A stretch of DNA of 64,000 nt from Thermoplasmata archaeon (GCA_021797915.1 JAJZYT010000005.1:10043-74042), one strand, 5' to 3'. Shown: positions 19,478 through 28,513, counted from the first letter of the stretch. The notes: a model not told the origin generated them from the letters alone. Made by a program: numbers and translations.

Positions 19478-19675
19478 CCGCGCAGCAAGAGTATGAGGTA
19501 TCAAGGAATGGTAATATAGCTGCATTAGCGGTAGGAGAGGATCTAGGGCTTGGGAAAGGCATCTGTCGCGGGAACTTATCCCCCTCCCACGACGGAATGC
19601 CTACCCATAACTTGTGGTCTAATAGCAATAGTCTCAAGAAGCTAAGTTGGACTATGGTTTTAGACTTAAGGGTAG
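19478..19675 (+). ncRNA. Candidate structured RNA segment inside the cassette 1 spacer (strand uncertain)
   Basis: Nested helices by eye: 19601-06/19670-75 (CTACCC/GGGTAG), 19617-22/19660-65 (GTCTAA/TTAGAC) and 19628-33/19650-55 (ATAGTC/GACTAT). Also 19478-86 pairs with 19519-31, and 19558-68 with 19590-601. Long ORFs on both strands suggest the lack of stops is compositional. Confidence 0.2.
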
Positions 19676-19852
19676 CTTGGGAAATGTCAAACCCTACCGG
19701 TTTAGCGGATAAAACGAGAATAAAATCAAAACCGTTTATCGTCAAGCCCATGAAAGGTGTAGAAAGAAGCGATTTGATATACCAAAATTTTAAGACTGGG
19801 GAGGTTGGGTCAAGGGACCTGGAATTGCGGAATACAAAGGAGGAAAGAGAAC

Positions 19853-20287
19853 TTGGCAATTGACGAAGTAGTGTTTGCAAATCGTAAACTGCTGAGAGTA
19901 CTGGGAGAGGATAACGAAAGATATAAAGATGACACGAAACTCATGGTTTCGCTGCACAGCATCGAGTTCAGTCATAGAAAAGAAGGCTATCTAGAAGTTG
20001 CAAATGACGTGTTCTTTTCAAACCTCATTTATTTACTGTACATTAAGAAAATAGTTGCTGGAGCGGACCTTGAGACCGCTAAAGAAAAGAACAAGTCTGT
20101 CTTGATCAAAGAACTAGAAAGGAAGAAATCCTTGGTTCTGAAAAGGTCCTCTGTTCGTTCTACAGATGCTCTTGACTGCGGGAAAACTGACAGAAAACTG
20201 GTACTGTTAAATAAGGCGATTTTCATCCTGAAGCGAGATGAGAAAGAAACTGCATTTGGCGGCTTTGATTTTTCCAGGATAGTTTAG
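19853..20287 (+). CDS. Cassette 1, protein X: helical ~144 aa protein of unknown family
   Basis: A TTG start at 19853 is preceded by AGGAGG at 19839-19844. It is paralogous to 27633-28040 (VANDVFFSNLIYLLYIKK versus VARNIFISGLPYMLYFKN; ETAKEKNKSVLIKELE versus EKAKEIAKKVLIKHIE). Confidence 0.6.
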   Translation: MAIDEVVFANRKLLRVLGEDNERYKDDTKLMVSLHSIEFSHRKEGYLEVANDVFFSNLIYLLYIKKIVAGADLETAKEKNKSVLIKELERKKSLVLKRSSVRSTDALDCGKTDRKLVLLNKAIFILKRDEKETAFGGFDFSRIV

Positions 20288-20442
20288 ATTTGACTCAATA
20301 GAACTGTATTTTCTGTGCTTATGCATTGTACTCAATCGGCTTTTCTCTAACTCAATGCAGTCCAGGGGGGTCAATCATTTATTTAGATTCAAATCTATGA
20401 GCTGAGCTGGCTTTCAGTAGCTTAAATTGTGGTCAATATCAG

Positions 20443-21210
20443 CTAGCCTTGACCAATCTTCAGTGCAGCTGTCTTGATCTCCATTATTACTTCTTTGACA
20501 AGCTTCCTTGATTTCTCAAGTTGTACAGATTTGGCTGATACCTCCACCTCAAGGCAAGATTCCCCTTTTTTGCTCAACATCGGATGTGATTTGATGTATA
20601 CTCCCCCATCGTACTTTTTCATAATAGCTGTGATATAAGGAGCTAGAGTTGCCTCAAATACTCCCTTTAATAATACGGACTCCTCAAAATGGAAACTGTC
20701 TTTCAGTTTGATTTCTTCCTCTATGAGTTTTAGCATTGACCGCATTTCCGCAGGCACACCTGGCAGAATGTATATTTTAGTATTTCCAACAACATGGAAG
20801 ATGCCCGGTGCAGAACCTAACTCGTTTTTAACTATCCTCGAGCCTTTGGGTATCAAAGCCATTTTTTCCCTTTCTTTGGACATTTCATGACTCCTACTAT
20901 CAGCTCTGCTCTTTATGATATTATATACTCCTTCATCCAATACCAAAGAAATTTTGAACTCTTCAGCAAACGATGAAACTGTCATGTCGTCAAATGTGGG
21001 CCCAAGTCCACCTGAAGAAACAATGACATCGCACTTCCCTATCAGGGATCTGAACCCTTCTCCAATTTCTTCTTTCACGTCCGGGACAGTCAAAACTCTG
21101 TAGACCTCATAACCCGAAAAGTAGAGAAAACGGCCTATTTCAGCCGCATTCGTGTTCACCGTTTTTCCTTTCAGAATCTCATTTCCTATAGTAAGTATAC
21201 AAGCCCTCAT
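20443..21210 (-). CDS. CinA-like / MoCF-biosynthesis (MoaB/MogA-fold) domain protein
   Basis: MRACILTIGNEILKGKTVNTNAAEIG...SSGGLGPTFDD. Confidence 0.8.
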   Translation of the reverse strand: MRACILTIGNEILKGKTVNTNAAEIGRFLYFSGYEVYRVLTVPDVKEEIGEGFRSLIGKCDVIVSSGGLGPTFDDMTVSSFAEEFKISLVLDEGVYNIIKSRADSRSHEMSKEREKMALIPKGSRIVKNELGSAPGIFHVVGNTKIYILPGVPAEMRSMLKLIEEEIKLKDSFHFEESVLLKGVFEATLAPYITAIMKKYDGGVYIKSHPMLSKKGESCLEVEVSAKSVQLEKSRKLVKEVIMEIKTAALKIGQG

Positions 21211-21397
21211 TATCTCGATATATTTAGCAGAAAGATATTGGTTTCTGTATTTCGAAACTGCACAGAAGCACGAATCTTGCTAATTTTGTTTATAGGGTTC
21301 CTTTTCCAGTCCACAGCTCGTTTTTCAATACGTCTATTTTGGATTGTTTAAATACTTTTGAAGTAAAAGTTTTATAACTAAAATAATTCTCTGAGAG

Positions 21398-23119
21398 ATG
21401 GAATACAAATGGACAGTTTTGGTTAACACAACTCTAGGCGGTTTGATGGGGGCCATAAACATGACTATCGTTCTTATTTCCCTGCCCACAATTTTCAGGG
21501 GTTTGAATATAGATCCTACCGCACCCGGAGAGTTCATAATGCTGCTCTGGGTGATGATGGGGTATAGCATCGTTCTTGCGACCTTGCTTGTGACCTTCGG
21601 GAGGCTCTCTGACTTATACGGTAGAACAAGATTGTACACACTAGGCTTTGTGATCTTCACCTTTGGATCTATCCTGCTATCAATAATCCCGGACGGATCT
21701 GGTAACAACGGTGCAAAAATGTTGATAGGTTTCAGAATGGTGCAGGGTGTTGGCGGTGGACTACTCATGGTCAACAGTACTGCGCTCATCACCGATTCAT
21801 TTGGTCCGAACGAAAGAGGCCGCGCACTAGGAATAAATCAAATATCATTCATTGCAGGTTCACTGATTGGTCTTATAGCTGGAGGGCTGCTAGCTTCAAG
21901 CAACTGGCATTTGGTTTTCATTGTCAACATTCCATTTGCAGTAGCAGGGTCATTATGGTCTGTGTTCAAACTCAAAGCGATCCCGAAGAAAGTGAAGGTA
22001 CCAATGGACATAGCAGGTAACGTTGCCCTTGGCGGTGGACTGGTGCTTATTAGTCTTGGCTTCACCTATGCACTGGTTCCATATGGAAATTCATCTATGG
22101 GTTGGGGAAGCCCCTGGGTCCTCGCATCGTTTGTTGTGGGAGTCGTTCTGCTTGTTACCTTCGTCTTTCTAGAATTAAAAGTCAAGCAGCCGTTATTCGA
22201 TCTGCGTTTATTCGAGATTCGCGCGTTCAGTTACGGAAATTTTGCAAATTTCGTTTCATCTCTAGGAAGGGGAGCTATCATGTTTCTTGTAATTATTTGG
22301 CTCCAAGGAATTTATCTTCCACTTCACGGTTTTTCATACTCCTCCACTCCATTCTGGGCTGGAATCTACATGCTCCCGTTGATGGTTGGTTTCATAGTCC
22401 TGGGACCTATCGGGGGAATTCTCACGGACAAATATGGAGCTCGAGTCTTTGCCACCACAGGTATGATTATTACAGCCATTTCGCTGTATCTCTTGACCCT
22501 TCTCCCGTACAACTTCAATTTGTGGCAGTTTGAGGGAATTCTTTTGATGAATGGGATTGGAAGTGGGCTATTCGCAGCCCCGAATACTACAGCAGTCATG
22601 AACTCTCTGCCGGAAGAAAGCAGGGGAGCTGGAAGCGGTATGAGAACTACATTCAACAATATAGGTCAGACTATAAGCATGGCAATATTCTTTTCAGTCG
22701 CCATTTCGATTTTCTCACTGAAACTACCGTCATCCCTGCTTAATACCTCTGTATCAATAGGACTCCCATTACAGATTGCGGTAGCAATCTCGAAAATTCC
22801 TCCATCCGGAGCACTCTTTGCGGCATTCCTGGGAATAAATCCAGCTGCCAGCTTTCCATCTGCAATGTTGAATCTGATACCCCCAACTGCATTGAAGTCT
22901 CTGATGTCACTGTCATTCTTCCCCAATGCTATTGGCCCATCATTCATGGTAGGTTTGAAGGATTCTCTATACATTGCAATTTTGATGACCATAGCTGGCG
23001 CAGTACTGTCTGCCCTCAGTGGTGGAAGATATGTACATGGTGAGGGTTACACTAACGGGAAGAAAGTTACAAAGATCTCCTCTGGAAATCCTGACTCCGG
23101 TCAAAGAGGGCAGAAATGA
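21398..23119 (+). CDS. MFS drug:H+ antiporter, DHA2/EmrB-like (14 TMS)
   Basis: 573 aa. It has the GRLSDLYGRTR motif and 14 hydrophobic spans. Confidence 0.85.
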   Translation: MEYKWTVLVNTTLGGLMGAINMTIVLISLPTIFRGLNIDPTAPGEFIMLLWVMMGYSIVLATLLVTFGRLSDLYGRTRLYTLGFVIFTFGSILLSIIPDGSGNNGAKMLIGFRMVQGVGGGLLMVNSTALITDSFGPNERGRALGINQISFIAGSLIGLIAGGLLASSNWHLVFIVNIPFAVAGSLWSVFKLKAIPKKVKVPMDIAGNVALGGGLVLISLGFTYALVPYGNSSMGWGSPWVLASFVVGVVLLVTFVFLELKVKQPLFDLRLFEIRAFSYGNFANFVSSLGRGAIMFLVIIWLQGIYLPLHGFSYSSTPFWAGIYMLPLMVGFIVLGPIGGILTDKYGARVFATTGMIITAISLYLLTLLPYNFNLWQFEGILLMNGIGSGLFAAPNTTAVMNSLPEESRGAGSGMRTTFNNIGQTISMAIFFSVAISIFSLKLPSSLLNTSVSIGLPLQIAVAISKIPPSGALFAAFLGINPAASFPSAMLNLIPPTALKSLMSLSFFPNAIGPSFMVGLKDSLYIAILMTIAGAVLSALSGGRYVHGEGYTNGKKVTKISSGNPDSGQRGQK

Positions 23120-23550
23120 AGAATGAATATGCTCTCATCCTTGACCAGCTTACTTCAATGAGAAAACTGAGAAAAAAGATATTGGACGACATAAATGCGA
23201 ATCTGAAAGAAATGAACTCTAGAGATTTCATAGTGTTACACAACATATGCAAGAGCATAAAGGAGCCAACAATGAGTGACCTCTCCGAGTCTTCTGGTCT
23301 TTCTAATGCACTCATAACTTCGTCCATCGATAGTCTTGAGGGCCTCAAGCTCGTGAAGAGGAAAAGGGGACCAGACCGGAGAAGCTATGTCTTGAAACTC
23401 ACAGCTGATGGGATCGCTAAGTGCAAGGAAATGGAGAAATTGAAGTACAGCAGCATCAACTCCATCTTCAGCAGCATGACTGGTGAAGACATTGCAACCC
23501 TCAAAGAGATTCTAAAAAAGTTGAATGAATTGATGGAGAAGTATACTTGA
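23116..23550 (+). CDS. MarR-family transcriptional regulator
   Basis: ATGA overlap with the MFS gene. Winged helix: ..MSDLSESSGLSNALITSSIDSLEGLKLVKRKRGPDRRSY. Confidence 0.85.
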   Translation: MKNEYALILDQLTSMRKLRKKILDDINANLKEMNSRDFIVLHNICKSIKEPTMSDLSESSGLSNALITSSIDSLEGLKLVKRKRGPDRRSYVLKLTADGIAKCKEMEKLKYSSINSIFSSMTGEDIATLKEILKKLNELMEKYT

Positions 23551-23570
23551 CCTCTGGAGAACTCCTTTCA

Positions 23571-24551
23571 TCAAGATAAAGCGTTTATGAGTGAAGGGAT
23601 TGACTCCTCGTAGAGATATTCCAGCCCGAAGTGTCCTTCGTCAAATTCTTTGTAATCGTGTTTTACTTTGTGCTTATTCATTAGTTCACTCATTCCCTTC
23701 ATTCCAATGTTTATCGAGAATTCGTCTCTGTTACCTACCTGCAGGATCACTTTCTGTTGCCGAAGACTGTCTAAACGATTTTCAAGATTTCGTAGTGGGT
23801 CAAGGAGAAGCCATCTGTTCCAAACGTCCTGTCTGAAGGTATGATATTTTAAGTCGAAAGGCAGGTCGAATCCAATCTTTGACTTATGGTTCGGGGAATA
23901 GAAAGCTGCCATCGCAAGGACATTCATCACACCGAAGTCCAGGTTATCGGGATGAGGCTTTTTATTAAAATATTTCAGAAATTCTTGCGGGTTCATTTTT
24001 TCGAGTTTTGTGATTCCTGAAGCAAAGTCTCTCACGTAACAATACTCGAATCCTGAATCTCCAGAAACATCCACAAATCCACCAAAAACATCAGGATGCT
24101 TTGTTGCAAGATTATAAGAACCAAACCCGCCCGATGATTTTCCAAAAAGACCTATCTTCCTGTTTCCATACTTGCGTTTTATAAGACCCACAACATCATT
24201 CACTATGAAGTCCTCATAATTCCCCACGGCAGAGGAATTGACAAACTGATTGCCGTAGTAAGAGGTCATTGTATCCGGTAAGAGTATAATGAATGAGCTT
24301 GACTTCTTCTCTGAAATAGTTTCGAGAGCTCTGAAGAAATCGTGCCCTGTATATGACCGATTTAAGAAGCTATTTGAGCTCCCAAAAAATCCCGCAAGAC
24401 CGATCAATGCAGGAGTAGATTCTTTAACATTTCTTTCGAGCACGATTATCTCCCGCCTTACTGGGTCTTTTAGGATATTGTCTTTAAGGCTTTTCCCCAC
24501 AATTTCTAACTTCTTTACTTCAAAACGTTTTCTCCCTAAAGTAACGGGCAT
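23571..24551 (-). CDS. Alpha/beta-hydrolase esterase (putative esterase family)
   Basis: GxSxG-type nucleophile elbow GKSSGGFGS. 326 aa. Confidence 0.7.
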   Translation of the reverse strand: MPVTLGRKRFEVKKLEIVGKSLKDNILKDPVRREIIVLERNVKESTPALIGLAGFFGSSNSFLNRSYTGHDFFRALETISEKKSSSFIILLPDTMTSYYGNQFVNSSAVGNYEDFIVNDVVGLIKRKYGNRKIGLFGKSSGGFGSYNLATKHPDVFGGFVDVSGDSGFEYCYVRDFASGITKLEKMNPQEFLKYFNKKPHPDNLDFGVMNVLAMAAFYSPNHKSKIGFDLPFDLKYHTFRQDVWNRWLLLDPLRNLENRLDSLRQQKVILQVGNRDEFSINIGMKGMSELMNKHKVKHDYKEFDEGHFGLEYLYEESIPSLINALS

Positions 24552-24621
24552 GATCCACTATCATTCTGGCGTGAATATCCTTTTCTCACATCGCGTAGGA
24601 GGTGAGAGAGATATTCGGCTG

Positions 24622-25884
24622 CTAGATTATTAATTCTTCCTGATCTACGTTCCTATTCGCGACCCCTAGGTCTGCAACATCGATTTCCACATTCCCGTAA
24701 AGTTTCGCCTTTTCTCTTCCGGAGAATAACGCAGAAGCCAATCTACCTGCTGAATCCGCCTTCATTATGCCACTTCCACTGCTTCCATTTACAACCGAGA
24801 GATTCATGTATTTTTCCAGCACGTATGTTCCATCCATATTGTTCATGGAATAGAAGCCTGCCCAGCTTGCCAGCATGCGTGCGTCGTGAAAGGCTGGTAT
24901 GTATTCTCTTAGGACTGTGTGAAGGTTATTAGAATAATATTCTGCATCAGCGATTGGATCCTCTTCAAGACCGAAAGCTCTTCCTACACCCTCACTGTAC
25001 GATACCCAGAAAGTCTTTGATTTGGGATCAGGTCTAAGGTCAATGGCGGGACCGGGAAGAATAGTGAATGGAAAAATGTCTTCGATTCCGGTAACCCTTC
25101 TTGAAATCATCTTTGAAATCCCGTCACTTTGCAGTTGAAAGACCTGAACTTTTTTAGGTTGTGTGAAGGCATCAATTCCCAGCGGGCTAAGAAGATCACT
25201 GGTCCAGACATCTGTCGCCAGGAGGAACTGATCCGCCGAGATGTCTCCAGCAGACGTGTACAGTGACTCGACCACCTTGTCTTGCCATATGAAAGGCTCA
25301 CCTGGAAAGTTCAACCTGGATCGTGGGGCTAGATTCAACTTTTCCACCTTCGTGTTGAATTTAAACTCTGCTCCCAGTTTATTTAACTGCTGGAAGTAAT
25401 ATGAGGCCAAAAGGTCGGGTTCAAGGATCCCACAATTTTCACCCACTAGACCACCAGAAATATTTCTGAGATTCATTATCTTGCTCGCCTCAGGGTCTGG
25501 TTCAACTTGGATACCAAGATCTGCGATTTCTTCTCTAGTGATTATCTTTGACCTTACTCTCTTTAGAATTTTTTTGACTGCTACCGAATTCAACCTCTCC
25601 TCGTCCATCAAGAACAGGTATCCGTTAGAATGCATTCCGAGATTGAACCCTTTGTCTTGTATATCTTTGTAAAACGAGATCGAAGATGAAGCAAGCTTAT
25701 AATTTGTATCTGAAGTGAAGACGTCCCTGAATGCAGCATCACTCTTCGCAGTATTCCCCTGGGCGTAGGTACTCCATTTGTCAAGAATACAGATTCTCAA
25801 GTCGGGGTTGTCCAACTTGATGTGATAAGCAGATGAGAGCCCTGAAATTCCTGCTCCAACAACGACTAGGTCATACTTCTCCAT
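24622..25884 (-). CDS. FAD-dependent oxidoreductase (DAO family)
   Basis: N-terminal dinucleotide fold YDLVVVGAGISGLSSAY. 420 aa. Confidence 0.8.
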   Translation of the reverse strand: MEKYDLVVVGAGISGLSSAYHIKLDNPDLRICILDKWSTYAQGNTAKSDAAFRDVFTSDTNYKLASSSISFYKDIQDKGFNLGMHSNGYLFLMDEERLNSVAVKKILKRVRSKIITREEIADLGIQVEPDPEASKIMNLRNISGGLVGENCGILEPDLLASYYFQQLNKLGAEFKFNTKVEKLNLAPRSRLNFPGEPFIWQDKVVESLYTSAGDISADQFLLATDVWTSDLLSPLGIDAFTQPKKVQVFQLQSDGISKMISRRVTGIEDIFPFTILPGPAIDLRPDPKSKTFWVSYSEGVGRAFGLEEDPIADAEYYSNNLHTVLREYIPAFHDARMLASWAGFYSMNNMDGTYVLEKYMNLSVVNGSSGSGIMKADSAGRLASALFSGREKAKLYGNVEIDVADLGVANRNVDQEELII

Positions 25885-25950
25885 TTACGAAATGAATTGC
25901 AAACGTTTATTTAACTCTCAGGCAATTGCTGGACTTCTTGGTTTGTTCCA

Positions 25951-26856
25951 TCATAACAGATCCATATTCTTAAGAAGGTGATAGGCAGAAGCGATATCTT
26001 CCAAGCCAATCCCCATTGTCTTGAATATTGTCTTTTTATTTCCTTTATACTTTTGACTTTCTCCAACTACGTCTTTGAACTCAACTGTCTTTCCTCCTTC
26101 GTTTACAAAGTCAGAAATTTCCGAAGATTCCTTGAACGCCTGTTCAAGATGTTCTACTACCACAATATCCGAGCTTCTCATCACAGTTTGTGAAACTTCC
26201 CTGTGAGATAGTACGTTTGCACCTCCAATGTTCAGGTGATAACTTTCAAGAAACGATAGGTCACTTATTAGTGGTTCCTTTGAGGAAGTGATACATGAAA
26301 TAACGTCGGCCCCCTCGAGGACTGATCTCATGTCTTCACTGAAGGAGATATCACAGTGGTACTTTTGTTCCATTTTCTTGACAAACTGTTTTCCATGCTC
26401 GGGAGTACGTGAATACACTCTTATTAGTGAGGGATCGCCTATCTCTAAGATCCCTTCCAGCTGTGTTTCTGCCTGAAATCCAGAGCCAATTAATGAAAAT
26501 ACGGAACATTTGCCATGCAAAATATTAGTTCCAAGTGCAGTGACTGCCCCAGTCCTGACTTGCCCAAGCTTATTGGCCTCTATTACGGCTATCATTTCGG
26601 ACGAAACTGAGTCAAATAACAACACCACAAACCTTGCACCCTCCTTTGTAACAACATAAGTCTTGAACCCCGTAATGTGATATTTGTTCATGTATGCGGG
26701 CATAGTACTTAGCACGCTGGATTCAGAAATAGTGCGATTACGAGAGTCAACTCCCGCAGTATTATTGAAGTATTCCTTAAAGGCATCATTCACTGCATCT
26801 ATTGCCATTTTCATACCAAAGTTTGCTTCAACCTCGTGTTCAGTAATATAATACAT
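25951..26856 (-). CDS. Ornithine cyclodeaminase / mu-crystallin family protein
   Basis: The start is taken at MYYITEHEVE (ATG 26854-26856). Rossmann segment FSLIGSGFQAETQLE. Confidence 0.8.
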   Translation of the reverse strand: MYYITEHEVEANFGMKMAIDAVNDAFKEYFNNTAGVDSRNRTISESSVLSTMPAYMNKYHITGFKTYVVTKEGARFVVLLFDSVSSEMIAVIEANKLGQVRTGAVTALGTNILHGKCSVFSLIGSGFQAETQLEGILEIGDPSLIRVYSRTPEHGKQFVKKMEQKYHCDISFSEDMRSVLEGADVISCITSSKEPLISDLSFLESYHLNIGGANVLSHREVSQTVMRSSDIVVVEHLEQAFKESSEISDFVNEGGKTVEFKDVVGESQKYKGNKKTIFKTMGIGLEDIASAYHLLKNMDLL

Positions 26857-26966
26857 CCAGAGCGTAATTCGTATTCTCTTGATACAATTTACCATAAAGG
26901 CATTTGCAACTTATAGTCGGTGCTATTGGTAATTTGTACTTATTATAAAGACTAAAAATAAGCCAA

Positions 26967-27524
26967 TCAACTTAAAGTGCCGGTTATGGAGCCAATATAT
27001 CCATTGTAAGTAATGTCAATCTGCAGACCTGAAAGTTTCACTGGGGCTCCAGTGGAGTGAAAAACTATGTAAATTATTGCCTGAGATTGGATGTTCGTTG
27101 CACCGTTTGCGGGAATCGCTCCGTTAGAAGACCAAGTGTCTCCGCTGCTCGTGAAAGTGTTCATATAAAGGACTGTCCCATCTGGATTTGTAATTGTAAC
27201 ATTTTCAACTGTCCACCCAACACCGGTGGGTTTGTCACTTCCATTTATCATTTGCATGTGAAATTTTGATGGGTCACTCAGCTTAGAAGGAGTTGCTAAG
27301 TTCAACATTAGCGTTGTCGTATTTGTTCCAAAGGATTCTTCTGTTATGCTTCCAATTAATGGTGAGGGAGTCGTATAGTGTGAGACGAGAATATAAACGG
27401 TTGTTGCCAGTATAACTGTGACTGCAACCATGAGTATAGTGGCGATGACTGGAGATACAGCTTCATCTTCCGCGATTTGAAGTGGCCAAATTTTCTTATG
27501 TGTTTTCCTAACGACATCCTTCAT
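26967..27524 (-). CDS. Archaeal type IV pilin-like protein (class III signal peptide, DUF1628-like N-terminus)
   Basis: ..EDEAVSPVIATILMVAVTVILATTVYILV.., followed by a Thr/Asn-rich beta-type domain. Confidence 0.65.
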   Translation of the reverse strand: MKDVVRKTHKKIWPLQIAEDEAVSPVIATILMVAVTVILATTVYILVSHYTTPSPLIGSITEESFGTNTTTLMLNLATPSKLSDPSKFHMQMINGSDKPTGVGWTVENVTITNPDGTVLYMNTFTSSGDTWSSNGAIPANGATNIQSQAIIYIVFHSTGAPVKLSGLQIDITYNGYIGSITGTLS

Positions 27525-27632
27525 TTCTTTTCATCTGGTACTCCAGAAGTGTAAAGAAATGCCTAAATGCAATATATATTTTGAGGTCTTCAAGGACTTC
27601 GAAAAGTGCGCGAAACATTGATTTTCTAGCAT

Positions 27633-28040
27633 TTATGCGCCCCTGAGTATAGTGAGAGCACGTTCGAGTAATTCCAGTCTGATTTCAATACATCTTAATT
27701 CAGTAGGCCCATCGCAGATCAATTCCAAATCTTTGATTCTTTCCCTTCTGTCTTCGATATGCTTTATGAGTACTTTTTTGGCAATCTCTTTGGCCTTTTC
27801 AAAATCATCACTGACACGTCCAATGCTTAGATTCTTGAAGTAAAGCATATATGGAAGCCCTGAAATGAAAATGTTTCGGGCTACTCTATAATAACCCACC
27901 GAGGAATGATCAAATTTCACTTTACTGAAGGAGATTAACAGTTTGAGGTTCTCCCTTTTCCTCCCAGCAGCTCTATTGACTTCAAGGTCATCAAAAAATT
28001 TCGCACTTTCAATGATTTTATTTCTGCACTGCTCTTCCAC
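27633..28040 (-). CDS. Cassette 2, protein X': helical 135 aa paralog of 19853-20287
   Basis: GTG start with an AGAAGG SD-like element upstream. The alignment to X is described under that feature. Confidence 0.6.
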   Translation of the reverse strand: MEEQCRNKIIESAKFFDDLEVNRAAGRKRENLKLLISFSKVKFDHSSVGYYRVARNIFISGLPYMLYFKNLSIGRVSDDFEKAKEIAKKVLIKHIEDRRERIKDLELICDGPTELRCIEIRLELLERALTILRGA

Positions 28041-28331
28041 TTCGAAACCTTCTAATATTATGAATGTTAATATCTTCTAAAATATCAATAATGGATAATC
28101 TCATAAAACCTGATTTACTGAGACTTTCCAGACACGTGTTCTTATTGAAAGATTTTTTGGGTAAGAACATAATAATGAAACGAATTCTGTTAGGCATAGA
28201 TTCTGAAAGTTCTCCTGATTTTCCTGACAATGATATAAAGGCTTGAACTCGTAATTGTCTTTTACCGTGAACATTTGATCATTTGCAGTTTTATTTTCAT
28301 TGTATACGTCATGAGTTCCATCATTAAAGGC

Positions 28332-28358
28332 AGAGAGAGCCCAAATCGGGCTCTCTCT
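28332..28358. other. Perfect 11-bp stem / 5-nt loop hairpin in the cassette 2 spacer
   Basis: AGAGAGAGCCC-aaatc-GGGCTCTCTCT. No T-tract follows on either strand. Confidence 0.6.
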
Positions 28359-28482
28359 TCGATGGCCCCTCCGCTTGAGTGATGAATCAACAGTTCTGCA
28401 TAGACTGCTGAAAGTATTTGCTGTCTTCCCAATCATTACTCTACTATACGTCATACTCTGGTTGGTCTTTAATACCACCAGA

Positions 28483-28503
28483 GAGTTAGAATAACTTTCT
28501 AAC
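28483..28503. promoter_or_regulatory. Cassette 2 palindromic operator candidate
   Basis: AGTTAGAA-taact-TTCTAACT, 10 bp upstream of a TATA box and ~51 nt upstream of the micropeptide ATG. Confidence 0.55.
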
Positions 28504-28513
28504 TTCCCGTTAG

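Noticed and set aside
19440-19800. Identification of the structured-looking spacer as RNase P RNA or SRP (7S) RNA.
   Set aside because: The universally conserved RNase P elements (GAGGAAAGUCC-type CR-I; ACAGAA CR-V) and the SRP helix-8 motifs are not present.
19435-19863. A 142-aa plus-strand ORF, and the overlapping 161-aa minus-strand ORF (19395-19880), in the cassette 1 spacer.
   Set aside because: I did not call either as a CDS. Long ORFs occur on both strands of the same stretch. I could not align either to the equivalent cassette 2 ORF (28101-28478). Several CGN Arg codons are atypical for the annotated genes I read. The stretch is kept as an open question in the spacer finding.
27633-28040. 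X/X' as HEPN-domain or toxin-like proteins, given their small, all-helical character.
   Set aside because: No R-x4-6-H motif is conserved between the two paralogs. Nothing else supports a nuclease assignment.
28101-28478. A 125-aa minus-strand ORF in the cassette 2 spacer.
   Set aside because: It starts at a GTG that abuts the operator, spans a perfect 11-bp hairpin, is Cys/Asn/Gln-rich, and has no recognisable similarity to anything in cassette 1. The evidence is insufficient for a gene call.
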